64,000 nucleotides of DNA from Eledone cirrhosa (taxonomy: Eukaryota). A model generated the notes under the pieces. It was not told where the DNA came from. It saw nothing but the letters and a program-made list of their open reading frames with translations, and did no database searches. Location of the stretch: positions 1 to 64,000 of the forward strand of contig CAXHJY010000102.1 of assembly GCA_964016885.1 (NCBI GenBank). The letters are read 5' to 3'. Positions 11,671 to 26,600 of this stretch are shown piece by piece; the stretch's first letter is position 1, and every line of letters starts with the position of its first letter. The position numbers were made by a program, and so were the translations under genes.

Positions 11671-14600
11671 CTAAAATTAAAAATACAAAATACAATATAT
11701 TATGAGTATAAACAGTAAAAAGGAAAATGCAATGCTACTAAATAAAGGACAGGAGTAATGAAAGATGAAAAAATACATAAAACCTGAGATTAAAAATAGC
11801 AACAAATATTTGGTGAACATGTGTGTTTATGTGTAAACATTTTGTGGGCTTCCACATGGTTGTGTGGAGTGGACTTGTCCTGCCTTTGGACATACAAAGG
11901 AAGTGGCTTCAGCTATCATCAAATCCTTCCTCTGTTTTTCTAATAACTTTATACCCATGTACCCTTCTGAATCCATGTTGTTCAGAATCATGCCATAGTC
12001 ATTTCTTCCTACCAATGATTTCTTGTGATAAATATATTATTTCAGACACCAAGATTGATGTGGTGTTGATACAATCATTTTGCTGTAACAAGATATTCAT
12101 AATTTGGTTCTGCATACAAGCACATTTAAATACAAACATACATACATCATATTAACTTATTTTCTATGTAACTAATATGTTAATTGTTCTCTTTATCATT
12201 ATGTTGCATTAATCTCATGTAGGATTAATCTCATGTTGCATTAATCTCAGGGCGGTGGATTGGCAGTATCGGTAGAGGGTCGGACGCTATCCTTTCCAGC
12301 ATAGTTACGTCCCTTTACGATCTGAGTTCAAATCACGCTGAGGTGGACTTTGCCTTTCATCCTTACGGGGTCGATAAAATAAAGTACCAGTAATACACTG
12401 GGTAATTGCTGGCCATGTGCCTAAAGTAGAAACAATTAATCTCATGTAGGATGAATAAAAAATGTTCATGAATTGGAAACCTCAGCACATCACTACAATT
12501 GGATGGTTAAAACATTTGCTTTCTAATTAAAAGGCTCCAGTTGCAGATGACTCTCTGCACAAGATCTTCAGCAAGTCTTCTACCATCAGCTTGCTTTTAC
12601 TCAAGCATTGTGAAGGAAACTCAGTAGATGAAAACTGCAGAAGCCTGTCAGAAGGATTTTACATATAATTTCAAGTTGTGTGTGTTTGTGATTGTTACTC
12701 TTCATAGGTAGTGAATTGGCAGTCATTAGAAAGTCAGATAGAATGCTTTATGGTATTAGTTCTGGCTCTCTGAGTTCAAATCCCGCCGAGGTCAACTTTG
12801 CCTTTCATCCTTTCGAGGTCGATAAAATAGATAGAACCAGTCTAGTACTGGGTTGATTCTTCTTCTATATCTCTTTCTCATTTCCTCTCTCTCACTTTCT
12901 ATCTTTCTCTGGAAGAAATCTGATGCACTCAGGTCTGGAGAGGGATGGACTTTGCCAAGCTTAAAATGTCCAAGAAATGCCATATGTCAATATAGCACCC
13001 CTACGACTATCAGAAAATATGGGACTTTACATATACACATACTCTTCATATCAACAAAGCCTTTGGACATTTCTACAAGAGTCTCTTGTTAAAGTTGTCC
13101 ATCACTAATTGACCGCATCAGAAATTGTTTGGCTGAATACTAAGCCAACAAAGTCTTTTCTAGTACTTACTTTTGTTAACTCAGACATGCCTCAGGGCCA
13201 AATCATTCCCCATGCAATCTTTCCTCATTACATTAAAAAACTTAGTTACTGTTATTTCCAGTACCACTTACGTTGAAGGTAACACACTACAATAATCCCT
13301 TATATGCACACATTCTATCCACAGTTCAAAACTTTACAGAATTTGGATTTTTCACTGCATTGATGCTCATCTTTCAATGACAAACTTTCCTTAATCTCTT
13401 TTAGCAGCCAGCAAAACACAAACACTACATATCTTGTACAAACTTCAGCTTCTGTTCATATCCAATACACTCTTTAAACTAACATATACAACTAACAGAG
13501 CTAATAATTTCTAACAGCTTCTACATCTATTCACTATTCAACATCTATTTCCCTTGCTTACATGGGTTCAATGGGCTGTCATGTTCTGAGGCTAGACAAG
13601 TCAGATGATCACATCTTGTCCATATACTCCAATTCTGTGGATGGGTGCCCTAACACTGACCACTTCAAAGTGTGTTCGAGTGACATTTTAACATGGCACC
13701 AGCAATACCACCTTACATGGTGGACAATGTGTTATTATTGTGGTACCAGTACTACCACTTTATAGAAGGGCTAGGTATGTTTCATTGTAGCACTAATATG
13801 ATGAAGGTTAATATTTATTTCACAGAACCTAATTCCATAACTTGAGTTTCCACTTCAGTGTCAAATTACTTCAGCCCTTAAATGACTACTAATTATATAC
13901 AAAGCGCAAATATGTCCATCTTTTTACTTTTTACTAGTGCTCACTCATTTTAACTATATTCAAACTACAGTATTAAAAGCATATCTATAAGTGATTTTTA
14001 AAATAATTTTCTGTAAAATATTTATATTTTATAAATATAATTTTTATTATACTTTTCTATAATTCTACAGCTGAGCATTCATTTGTAAAAATAGTGCTGT
14101 TTAACTTTGTTTAATGTCTGCTTTCCTGATAGCAAGAAGTGGACAGATTGTCAGCAAACTGGGTTGGTACTTTAAGTGGAGGTATTAGCCCTACAGTAGG
14201 CCGAGAGCCTGCATTCCACTGACGTTCCTTTACTCTACAAAGTGCTCAGATAGGCCAACAGCCTGTGACTTGCTTACACACAATCCCATACACTACTGAG
14301 TGCATTTTATCATGTCTTTGACACAGTTGAAGAGTCCTCTCAAACCTTTGTTTGGCAGGTTTTCTACGACTGTAAGCCCTTCCTATTACCAATCACTCTA
14401 AAGAGTCTACTGGATGCACCTATTGTGAAATCACCTAACACTAAAGCTTTAATTAGAGATTAAGCTGTTCCAAACTAACACTGGTTCTATGAAACAAACC
14501 CACCCTTTTAAAGGGTTCCTGCTTAAATTTAAACCTTCCAACATAATTTGATATAAGAACCTTCTGTTAAGTTATATTATGATCTCAATATTGAAATAAC

Positions 14601-17600
14601 TAATAATTTTAGTATATCCCTCCAAATTCTTCATTGATTCATTAAATCTTAATTGATAAATTGCAGATTATAATGAATTTATCACATTTGCCATAATTGA
14701 CAACCAACAGGAGTGAGCCCTGTGGGTTGAAATGGCTATTTCAATGCATCTCCTTCACTATCCTCCAGAGCAACACTTTCTCCATTCTGTCTACTGGAAC
14801 CATGAGGCAGCCAACACCTGGGGTTCTGCATGCCAATCAACATTTGGGATAGCAATGTACACCACATTAATTCTTTAAGTATTAAATCAGTGGTTCACTG
14901 TTGTTCACTGGAATGGTCTTGAGATTACTGAAGAGAGTATAGAATATAATTCATCCCAAGGAACTGTGCTGCTTCTGCAGATCTACATGCAAACATCCTA
15001 AACTATCTGAATGACAAAAACTTACTCATTAATACACAAACACTCATCATTGTTTAACGTCCATTTTCCACGCAAGCATGGGTAGTACGGGCAGTCCCTT
15101 AGTGAGAGATCAGGTCAGAGGACCTTGATTCGCATACACGGAACTGATTTTAGCATGCTTTCTACAGCTGGATGCCCTTCCTAACGCTAACCACATTTAC
15201 AGTGTGTGCTGAGTGCTTATTGTCGTGATACCTACACGACCACTTTACAATGTAGGCTGGAACCTATAGAAATTCTATTTTTTCGCTGTGTCTCTCCTAC
15301 CATGATTATATCTGTTCCTCTAAACTAGCAAGACACATATCTTCTCTACTCCTGTCCACCTAATAAACTACCCTCTCCTTATCCCAATTCTGCATCAACC
15401 ACCAAACTCAGAACTTTGTTAAATCCTTCTTCTACACAACTGAAACATGTTTGTTCTGTCAATGTTTTTATAACATCAACCACAATGACCTCACCAGTCT
15501 GAGAGAACAAGCAAAGATCTTGGCCTATGCCCTTAGTCTATTTATCAACACAAAAAGTACTAATGAATCATTTGGCTCACTACCATGAACAATAATTTAT
15601 TTAGTGATACACTATTTTTACATCATCATCACTGTTTTACGTAAATATTTCCATGCTAGCATGGGTTACACTCCTAAGAAATGATATTCTTGTTATCTAA
15701 CTTATTGAAAGTAAATTTTAACAATTGTACTCTTATTGTAAGCTTGCTAAATAGGAACCTTGGTATAGCAAGTACTCTTTCCTTTAATCAGTTACTAAAA
15801 ACAGTACCAGGATGAGCCAATGACAAAGTCCCTGAGCAGACACTTAACCTACTAAATTCAGTAGCCAAATCTCTTTCAAATTTAACCTGTTTTTATAAAA
15901 TGGGATGAATATACTAAATAAAGTAGTTGTGGATATAATATGCAGATTTGCAGAATCAACTGACATAATGGCACTGACCATATTTCTAATGAAAGCAACT
16001 GCTTATCATTTCCAAATAATTTTGAAAATAATCATAAAATTATGACAGAAGGTTTCTTTAGACAAATATAAACAGCTTTGTATCATAGAAGCAAAAGTAG
16101 TCTGGTAGCAAAGCGTTTAATCATAGTGTACTTGAAACTACACAAGAGTATAGGTGTGGTCAAGTTGACAAGAATGTTCTTTCCTTTCCTTTAATAATGA
16201 CCTTTCACAATCCTACAACCATTATAATTTTTGAAGACTAAAACATGTTTATTAATTTCTTTCTTTCCTGAAGTAGTTGACACTAACACTTTCCTCTACG
16301 ATATATTCACCCCCCTCCTCTGCCTCTTAACCCTACATTTTCTCATTTACTAGAGTCACCAGTAATAGAAATAGCAGCCAAATCCTCATAAATCACACCT
16401 ATCTTAGTAAAGGACACATGGCATGTAATTTGGGGTTCCCTACACATAAGAAAAAGACAAGATGGACACAGCTGGAATGTCTTAGACCATAGATCTACTT
16501 GACCAAACAACTTCCTTATTATGTTTCGATAGATATGTAATAATAGTGTGCAGGATCAGTGTCAATGAACTAAAAGAGAAACTGAACATAAGAGAGCTCA
16601 GATGTAGTGAGCAGGAGAGGAGACTGCAGTGGTACAAACATGTGATGCATACAGAGAATGACAGCTGTATAAAAAAAAATGCAGGGTGCTCAAAGATGTC
16701 AGAAAATATGGAAGAGGAAGATTGAGGAAAGCTTGGGATGAAGTGATAAAAGCTGACTTTGCTCAAAAGAGATGATACAGGATCAAGATCTCCAACGTTA
16801 TGTTGTACTGCAGAAGACATGGCTTTTTATGTTCACAGGATAAAACAAACATGTAGAGAACACAAGTTTGCACCAATATAACCCCCACCACACAATCACC
16901 CTCCTCAGTCTTAATACCCCTCCCCTCACTAGCTAAATATCCCACTCTCCTTGTCAAACTTCCTTACTTGTTTCCCCAACCCCACTCCCCAACCCTGATA
17001 CACCTATCCTGCTCAACCCATGCATACTAGCATGGAAAGTTGAACACGTTCCACATCTGTTGCTGCTTCAACAAAGAAAAAAAAAAAAAAAAGCACTGAG
17101 TCCACCACCCTGTATGGTGATCTGGTACAACAACAACAAAAATACCCAGTCCACTGTGTAATGTTGTCATGGTAGTGAAACACTGTATACTAATGATGTT
17201 GGTAACACACAAAAAAAAGCACCAATTCCACCATTAAGTTGGTTGTGCTGGTGACAGGAGAAAAAAAGCACTCAATCCACCATGCAAGATGGTTGTGTTG
17301 GTGACATGAGAAAAAAAGTGCAGTCCTCTGTTAGATGGTCATTTTGGAGCCATGATAAAAAGCACCCAGTCTATACTGTAACGTTATTAGGAAGGACATC
17401 CAGCCATAGAAACAAAGCCAAAATACAGATCTGTATGAGCAAGATGTGGTCACCTGACCTAACTTGTCTCATAACGTGACAACCTATCTAACCCATGCTA
17501 GCATGGAAAAATAGACGTTAAACAGTGATGATTATGATAATTTCTTCTCTTGTCAGATGCAGGACGCTGGCTGAAACACCAATTACTCTTCTTTAACCGT

Positions 17601-20600
17601 TTCATGAATACATTTCTAATGAAATGCATTTTCAATTAATTAATGAATTTAGTAGAAATAGAAGCTTTTGTTGTATTTTTGACTAAAGAAATTTATACTT
17701 GCTATGTATATAGCTTCTAATTTGAATGGAAAGGGATAAGTGCTGTATTAGTGTAATGGTAGCACAGTGGTTTGAATACTCATCCTTTTCCATTTTAGAG
17801 GGTTTGAAACCCCACTATCAGGCTAAAATTTCCTCAGTCAAAAATACGGCGAAAGCTATTTCTATTAAATTTTAAACTTTGCTCGCTATCTTCGAAACAA
17901 ACACTTGCTTTGTAATTATGAATAATTTAGAGTGATTTACTAAAAGTATTAATTATTTCATTAAGATAATAACTTAACACAGGCTTCTAGAATAAAATTA
18001 TGTGGGAAAATTTTTATTTAAAATGGGTGGTGTTGTTTCATAAAACCAGAACAGGTTTTAGGTTGATTGGTATCAAAAGTGTTAAAAGGGATGCCATCTG
18101 TTGGTTGGGTGGTTTTTAATATAGTTCTAAAAACCATTTAAAAAACATTTGGTGCACATTTCTGCTCATTCCTCTTCATGTCCTCACTTCAACACCACTA
18201 ATCGCCCACATTAATGTTATCTTTATTCATTTCTTTTATGTTGTAACTAAACATTGAAGAATCTCAACAATCATGTAAATTTTCATTTTATTTTAACAAT
18301 TTTTATGGCTTATTCAAAGGATGAAAGGTAGTGCATATATCCTGCTTTAAGCCCCCTCAGACTAATGTGAAAAAGAAAGGAAGCGATGATAGTGTTAAAC
18401 CAGAGGTTCTCAAACTTTTGGGGCCATTTCCTCCCTCACAGTCATGTAATACCCTCAATGCCCCCATCCCTATTTCCAGAGAGAGCCTACCTCCACGCAA
18501 ATTGTAAATAATATATAATAAATAAAATCGTTAATTTATATATAATAAACAATTTAATATATACTATGTATAAATAAATATTATATATTTTTTTATTTTA
18601 CTGTATTTATATATATGTATTATTTGATATTTAATATACTATTATATCATCTCTGACCCCCACCCCCCCACCCCTTAGGCCCCAGTGGCCCTTCTCATTG
18701 CAGTTAGACCCACTTTGAGAACATCTGGGTTAAGTCTACCATAAAAAATGTTGAATAAATTGCAAAGAAAAATATTAGAAAGATTGTGTTAGCAAAAGGT
18801 AGTAATAAAAGCTTGCAATGCTAAAATTCACCTCTACTCATGGCACATGAACTTATTTAACATTGCAGATTTATATTCCTCTTCCTCTTTTCTTTCATTA
18901 CATTTCAGTCAGTAGTCTGTCCATGGCAGGGTACCGTTTTGATTTAGTCAATCATTTCAACCCCCAGTACTTATTTTCTCAAGTCTGGTATTTATTTTAT
19001 CAATCTCTCTTTTGTAGAACTGCTAAGTTACGGGACATAAACACAGACTCATACATACATACATGATACACACACATACGAAGGGCTTCTGCAATTTCTG
19101 ACTGAACCCAGTGAACTCCTTAACCACTCAGCTATACCTACACCCATGCTGATTATGGAGTATGTATTTAGTAAAATCCCATTCAAAAATTGTAAACAGT
19201 AGGGGACCAGATGAAAGTTATATCTGCCTCTTCATCTTCACCCACGTATTCCTGAGAGGGTTGTGGGAGCAGAGTCCTCAAACGGATCCTGTCAGAAGCA
19301 ACTGTCTCCAAATGATCCCCAAGCAAGACCAGCCAAGCTCATGGATGTTATCTTGCTCAGAGTCGACATCTGGGTCTTCCACCGGTTGGTTTTGCCCATA
19401 AAATCTGTCCAGCGATTCTCCCCCCCCCCCCCCCCCGAGACATTCTAACCACATGCCCGTAGTATCGGAGCTGTAATCTCTCAATTCGGAGAAATTATAT
19501 AATTACAAAATATGTATCATTGGAGTAGCAATGGCATAGGTTACTGATATCTAATGACATAACACACACACACACACATATACACATATTTTATACCTAA
19601 ATGCTAACCAGGGTACTACTAGTCAGAGAAAAGAGGCAAGTGCTAATTACCAATTTTACATCCTGGTTATGCTATCTGAAAGTATTGGATTTTTTTTATT
19701 TTTTTTTTATTATTTCCTTTTTTCTCAGTAACACTACCCCATTGTTTAGATTTCTCTTTGGAAGTGGTTACCACATTTATTCTTGAGTCCTTTGTAGTTA
19801 GAAATTTAAAATTTAAATCCATGGAGATGCTGTCAATTTCAAGGTACACTGAAGTGTATGTAGGGCTTCAGGTCCTAATTGCAAACTAATATTGGTATGT
19901 ATTTTTTTGTTTTTGTTCTTGTTCTTATTGGACCTCTGCCGTTTCTGGCAAGTGTTCATACCATACAACAGAACAGCTTGCTTATAAAATTAACATGCAA
20001 ATGGGTGAGCATCCCACAGACACATATATCCTTAACTAGACCTGTCAACTCTCTCCATCTGACAGGGAGATCTCCCACCCACTTTGGGGTGGATGAGAGG
20101 TGTCTTCTCTTGTGAAAATGGGGAGATTTTACATAATGTAAACTATAACCATTTTGCCTCATTTCTCTCATTTGGGAGACACTTTTTCATGGTATTCCCT
20201 GTTTTGGTTTTTAGAGGTTGGCAGGTCTGCCTTAACATAGTTCTCAGAAGATTAGGTGTGTGAAAAGGATAGCTCTTTGAATTACAGGCACAACTAATGT
20301 TTTTGTCAGCTGAAAAAAAAATCTAAATATCTGTATAGAGAATCCAAAGATGACAATTTTAGTTGCTATAAGTAGACAGGAGAAATGCGTTTCATATGCT
20401 GAAGCACTTGAACAGTTAAGTAATGTTGAGTGGAAATGAAAATAAGGTAGGAACAGGAAATAGAGGAGGAGGTAATATCAGTGAATGAAAAATGAAGGGT
20501 TGAGGTGAGTGAGGTCTCGCCAAGCAGTCAGTGTAGCAGAAAGCTAAAGAGAGCAGAGTTAATTAATGAGAGATGTGGTTAGTACAAAGAATGGTGGGAG

Positions 20601-23600
20601 GAGAGCCAAAAGATGGGAGAGGGGTCAATAGTGTAGTGTGAATTAACCAGTGTCAGGCACACAAGAAATACAGCTACAAAGAAACAGAACAGATAAGTGC
20701 ACAAAGTAGAGATAAGGATGCAGAGTTGACAAGTAGAGTGTCAGAATTAGAGGAATTGTAGTGAATATTCATTCATACGACTAAGAACCAAAGTATCTAG
20801 TAGAAAAATTTAATGCTTCATTTCTTAAGCCATAACAGCCACCATCAAATCCAGTGCATCCATCCTAGTACTGTCCAACTTGGTCACCTGGCAATATAAG
20901 GTCTATTTCATCAGTAACTGAGGTAGTCTGTAAAAGTTCCCCATAAAACCTGCCCTATTGTTCTTTACTGTGGAGCATAGGTGGATGTAATTGTCACCAT
21001 TCTATTTCCTACAGCTATTCTAAGCTTGAAGATTCTGCCTTTTACTCTAACTATCTCTATCACTTTATCTTTCCATTTCTCACCTAGTAGGATGACTACA
21101 CCACCTACTCCATCATTTCCTACCTAAAAAAGTTTGTATCTATGTTTTTGTGTGAGTAGTCTCACTGAGAATCCCTTCATCTCACTTCTTGAACACAGTA
21201 TCCATCCATTCCTCTCCTCTCTAGCAGCTCTATAATTTCACCTGATTTACCTTTCAGGATGCCAACATTGAGGGAAATACAGCTTTGTATCATAGAACAA
21301 GGGGTGGTTTGATCTCGGAGTTTCTGCCACAGAGACAATGGTGATGAGGGACTGAGAGAAAGGGAAGACAGATTTTGCATGGGATGGGAGAAAGAAAGAT
21401 GAAGGTGAGCTGGTTGGTTTGTAAAATACAGAGGTGGAAAAAAAGTGAATACTGATGGAAAGATTACTGAGAAGTTGACAGAATCGTTTGAGTTATTGGA
21501 AGTGAATATCAGAGTGGCATGGAAATCGTTCACAAAGGAGTGTAGTGGCATCATTAAGACCATCAACAGAGTAAGGCTATATAGTAGCGGCAGGTCAGGG
21601 CCAGTGTATTTGGGCTTCAAGGTTACTAACAAGCAGGTTGACATAATCGAGGCCCAAGTTTTTGTCATTAAGATTATGATTCATTGTTGTATATATTCAT
21701 ATTCTATACTGCTTTTTAAAAATTTTATTTCTTTATTTATCGTTTGCATTACATTTTATTAGAAATTTTATGTTGCATATAAAAATTATTTTCCAGCATC
21801 TTAAACAGCATTTATTCTGTATTTATTGAAAAGTTCATAGAAATTAAGGAAACAATTTGAAGCATAGAAAATTATTTATTCAAATGGAACACAAGGGAAA
21901 ATAAGTCAAAGTTTGAAATAGTTGTCCCCATTGCTTTAACCCCTTTGATACTAAAACTCCTGAAACTGCAATGGATTTATGATTTTTTTAAATGCTCATT
22001 TTAAAAAGTTTATCCTTATATTAAAACCTATCATTTTATTTCAGAAGCTTTTGCTAAGTAATGTTCGAAATATCAAGTGCGAAGGCGCATGATGTAGTGG
22101 TTAGGATGCTAGAGTAACAATTGTAAGGTTGTGAATTCGATTTCCAGACTGGGCAGTACATTGAATCCTTGAGCAAGACACTTTAATGTTGCTTTGGTCC
22201 ATTCAGCTGACAAAAATGAGTTGTACCTGTAATTCAAGGGGCCAACCTTGTTAAACTAAATCTCCAAGAACTTTGTTAAGAATGCATGTGTTCATGGAAT
22301 GTTCACTTACATATTAATTTCATAAGGAAGTCGACTGAATCAATTTAAGCACTCATCATTGGAATTGACGCAGGTTCAACAACAAAAATCAAATTACTAA
22401 TGGAGAGGTTATTTTATTAAATTCCTCCAAATTTATGGTTATTTACAATATTAATTGAAGCACTTAAGCAGTGTATTGCATTAGAAATATAGTAATGAAA
22501 GGGTTAAAAAAAAAAATTTAGGAGTGTCTCTAGTTCAGTGTGAAAGGATGGTAACAAAGACATTCCTTGTTTCAGAAACTGAAAGCTGCTGGATATTCTT
22601 TTTTACTTTTTCCAAGTTTCAATGAATGCGTGAGAAGTTAGACTCTTGTATCATCATCATCATTGCTTAGCCTCTGTTTTCTCCACTAGCACATATTGTC
22701 ACAGACCCATCAGTATTAAAGCAGAACCACTGACCTCCAGTTGGGCCAGGAACCTGACATATAATCCTGCACTCTACCAAGTGCATTTTATTGTGGCATC
22801 ACTAAGGAAGTTGTCATATCCTTGACACAGCTGATGAGTCTTCCAAATCCTTTCTTTGACAGGTTTTCTACAGCTGCACGTCATTCCTATCAACAACTAC
22901 TTTACAGACTGTACTGGATGCATTTAATGTGTAGATCACCAACAATAGAGAGCTTGTTGTACCCCCTAACACAACTAAAGAGATCTCATAATGCTTTTGG
23001 CATGGTTTCTACAGCAGGTTGCCATTCCTACTGCCAATCACTTTACAGGGTGTATTGGGTGCATTTTTGTGGTACTGGCACTATAGAGGTTATTGGTGAT
23101 TGTCTCAACTGAAAGAATGGCAGAATGCTGGGTCTTATAAAAGATTTGATGAATGAGCAAGACAGTTGATCATATCTGTTTTGCAGCCCCATTTAACAGA
23201 GAAAATATGTTTAAATGTTTGATTATGCCAATTTCATAACCAATACAATGATTCCGTTCCCTTTTTCTGAGAGAAGGTTACTCTCAGCATACAATTAAAA
23301 TTCATGTTCTGACTGTGACTTGTGTAATTAAAACCCCTTTGATACCAAACCCCTGAAACTGTACCTGTTTCAGTGATACAAAGCTATTTTAAAGTATTTA
23401 TTTTTATATTTTTATATTAAAACCATCTATCATAAATTTATGTAAGAATCTTTATTAAATAATTGTTTCTACTTTAGGCACAAGGCCAGCAATTACCCAG
23501 TACATTTTATTAAATAATTGTTTCTACTTTAGGCACAAGGCCAGCAATTACCCAGTGCATTACTGGTACTTTATTTTATCGACCCCGTAAGGATGAAAGG

Positions 23601-26600
23601 CAAAGTCAACCTCGGCGGGATTAATGATGATGCGTAGCAATGGCATTTATTGCCCAGATATGAGAACAATACTCTAATGATGAAAAATTATATAACCCAA
23701 AAGAGGATGAAGAGTCTAGGCTTCAAAGTAAAATTGTACATCCTGCAGGCAATGTGACATCCACTTTACTCTTACGACATGATCACTCTGTGATCATATA
23801 ATCTATTACTAAAACATTCCTTCTATGATTTGAATAGTAAGTATTGTTCTGAGAGTAAAAGTATATTACATTTAAAATAAGACTGTAATTTAGTTAATTC
23901 AATACTAATGAGAGCATACCCTGAGGAATTTCCCTGGCATTGCTGGGATACAAAACTTCAGTCACTGAACTAGACAATGCTGATGACTTTTTGGTAACTG
24001 GCAATAACTATGCTGATGCTCAATCAGCAATTAAACACCTCAGTGTGTAACATCTGCCCATGTCGCATTCTCTGAAAGGGTACCAATCATACTCAATGGT
24101 TAAATTTTGGAAGAGGTCAATCAATTCAAGTATCTAGGCATTACTAATCACTGTCATAAGCCAAGGTAAAGATGAGATAGATGTCTGCTGTCTAGGTTGG
24201 AGATCAATCTAGCCACAAAAATTTGCATCTACCAAATGCTCAATCACCCCATGATAGGAGGAGAGAGACAGAAAGGGAGTGATGGGAGGAGAGAGACAGA
24301 AAGGGAGTGATGGGAGGAGAGAGAGAGCAAGGGAGTGATGGGAGGAGAGAGAGAGCAAGGGAGTGATGGGAGGAGAGAGAGAGCAAGGGAGTGATGGGAG
24401 GAGAGAGACAGCAAGGTAGTTAGTTGAAAGGTAGTTAGTTGATAAGTTTGATTAGGATTTTGAAGGTGAAACTTATCAGTTTAGTCAATAAGATTCTAAA
24501 TTTTAATCTTAGAATCTTATTAATGAAACTGAAAAGTTGTTGGCCAGAACAAGAAGCAGCACTTATCCTTCAACAACTGGCAGAAAAAAAAGTATGACTG
24601 AAATTGTTCTGACATCCATCAACTTGAAACATTGTGACACCATTATAGACACACAGAGTGCTCTAAAGGCAGCCATTGCTCCAGCTTATCAAAAACCTTT
24701 CAACTTCATAGAAAGAACAACACAATGACTGGTTTCAAGAAAATACAGAATATAGCAGTTGTTCAATAGAAAGAGCATTTTTTCATGTCTACCAAAATGA
24801 CAAGAATAATGAGCACAAAAGGAAAGCAAACTTGTCAGCAAGCTAAAGCTGCAATCTAGAAAGAAACACATGCAATGAAGAACAATTGTTGGCAGATCAA
24901 AGCATATGAAATTTAGAAACTGCCCAACATGTGTAATATAAGAGATTCCTTCTGTGCAACTAAAACAATGGATCTAACACAACAGGTTTAACATCACTCA
25001 GATCTAAAGACAGTAAAAAAAATTTAGATAGAAACAAGGAGCTGCCAATAAGTGGTGGAAAGAATATTTCAAAGACTTACAGCAACAAATATCTGGACAA
25101 CATTGCACAAAGGTCAACAATCAACAATTTAGCTGCACCATAACAGTGAATATATGTCAACAATGAACAATTTGGCTGCACCACAACAACATAGCACAAC
25201 CCCCAAAAAGATAATATAACGTAACTCTCTCTCACTGTAAAGATTAGGCAGAATGGGGTGTCTCTAAATAAGTAAGTTTCTTATATGACAATGAAATGAA
25301 GACAATCAGAAAATATTTGCAGTAGCAGAAGAATAAATGAATGTTAATTTACAAGAAAGACTGAATTTAATAAAGTTACCTTTTTTTTACCATATTGATA
25401 ATAAAAAGACACTGCATATGATTTTTCAAATAATTAAGACTTTAGAAAAATTTAGTAACATAAATAACTTTCACATTTTCAATCTGGTGTTTGAAACTTA
25501 ACAAGGTTCTTTCATACAATTATGCTTGGAAGGTTTTCAGACAAATATAAACATTTTAAAACAAATAACTTTGTGTCATAGAACCAGGAATAGTTTCAGA
25601 TACTTTGGTATCAAAAAAAGTTAAAGTAATCTAGGAATTAAACAAACATTGGCTGATATCTGAATGGATTGGTATGGATATTTAAGGAGTAGCAGATACA
25701 TCTTGAGTGTAAATATGCTATATATCCATCTCATAAATCATGAAGAGTTTTTAAAGACAGTCTCTTTGGCTTATAATCAATAAATTTCCTACTAATGCTA
25801 CTCTATCTCAGGTAATATACCCAGATCATCTGGCCTATATTCCCAACAATTAAATGAACTGAGACACATAGAATAAATGTTTTACTCAACACTGAAATTC
25901 AAATTAGATCTATGAGCTGCTAAAGAAATACTATAGCCACTCAGTGTTATGGATTATATTTGGAGAAAGATCGTAGAGGAAATAAACCAAAGAAAAATTG
26001 AAAGTACCAATATCTACAAAATCAAATGAAAATATGAAACGATTATCTTCGCAAATGTGAAGAAATAAGCCCAGTTATTCTCCCTTATAGTAAACATGTT
26101 TCAATGTATAATTTATAACATCAACAACAAACAGAATTATAAAAACAATTAACAATATAGAAAGTATTACATATACAATTTATAAACACAAAACGGTACA
26201 GGAATTTCTATATTAAAATAGATCAAACTAATTCTTTGCTTCAAATCAATACATCAAAATATAATTTAAATTATTTTTTTTTTAATGTTTGTACTAATGA
26301 ATACTGATGGACATTTTAAGAAAAATACATGACTATTATGCATGCTAGCGAAATAGGAAGCTGGCTTCCCTTATCATATACAATATAACAAAATTAATGT
26401 TACTTTCTTAGGATAATACAGCAGCAAGGTTTTAACCAATTTCCAATGCTGAATAATCCAATATCTCTTAAACTCTTTTCTGTTGCATCATCATTTATAC
26501 AGAAGATATCAAAATTGGAAAAACTAAACAGAAAGTAAGTAAAACCATCAATAAAAACAATGTATATACCTTTATCACATCACTTTTAGGAGAAGTTACT

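Noticed and set aside
19667-19849. Possible additional MICAL-like exon (ISMDLNFKF...)
   Set aside because: In-frame stop just upstream, no convincing acceptor/donor pair and no homology; exons 26570 and 11670 already join in phase.
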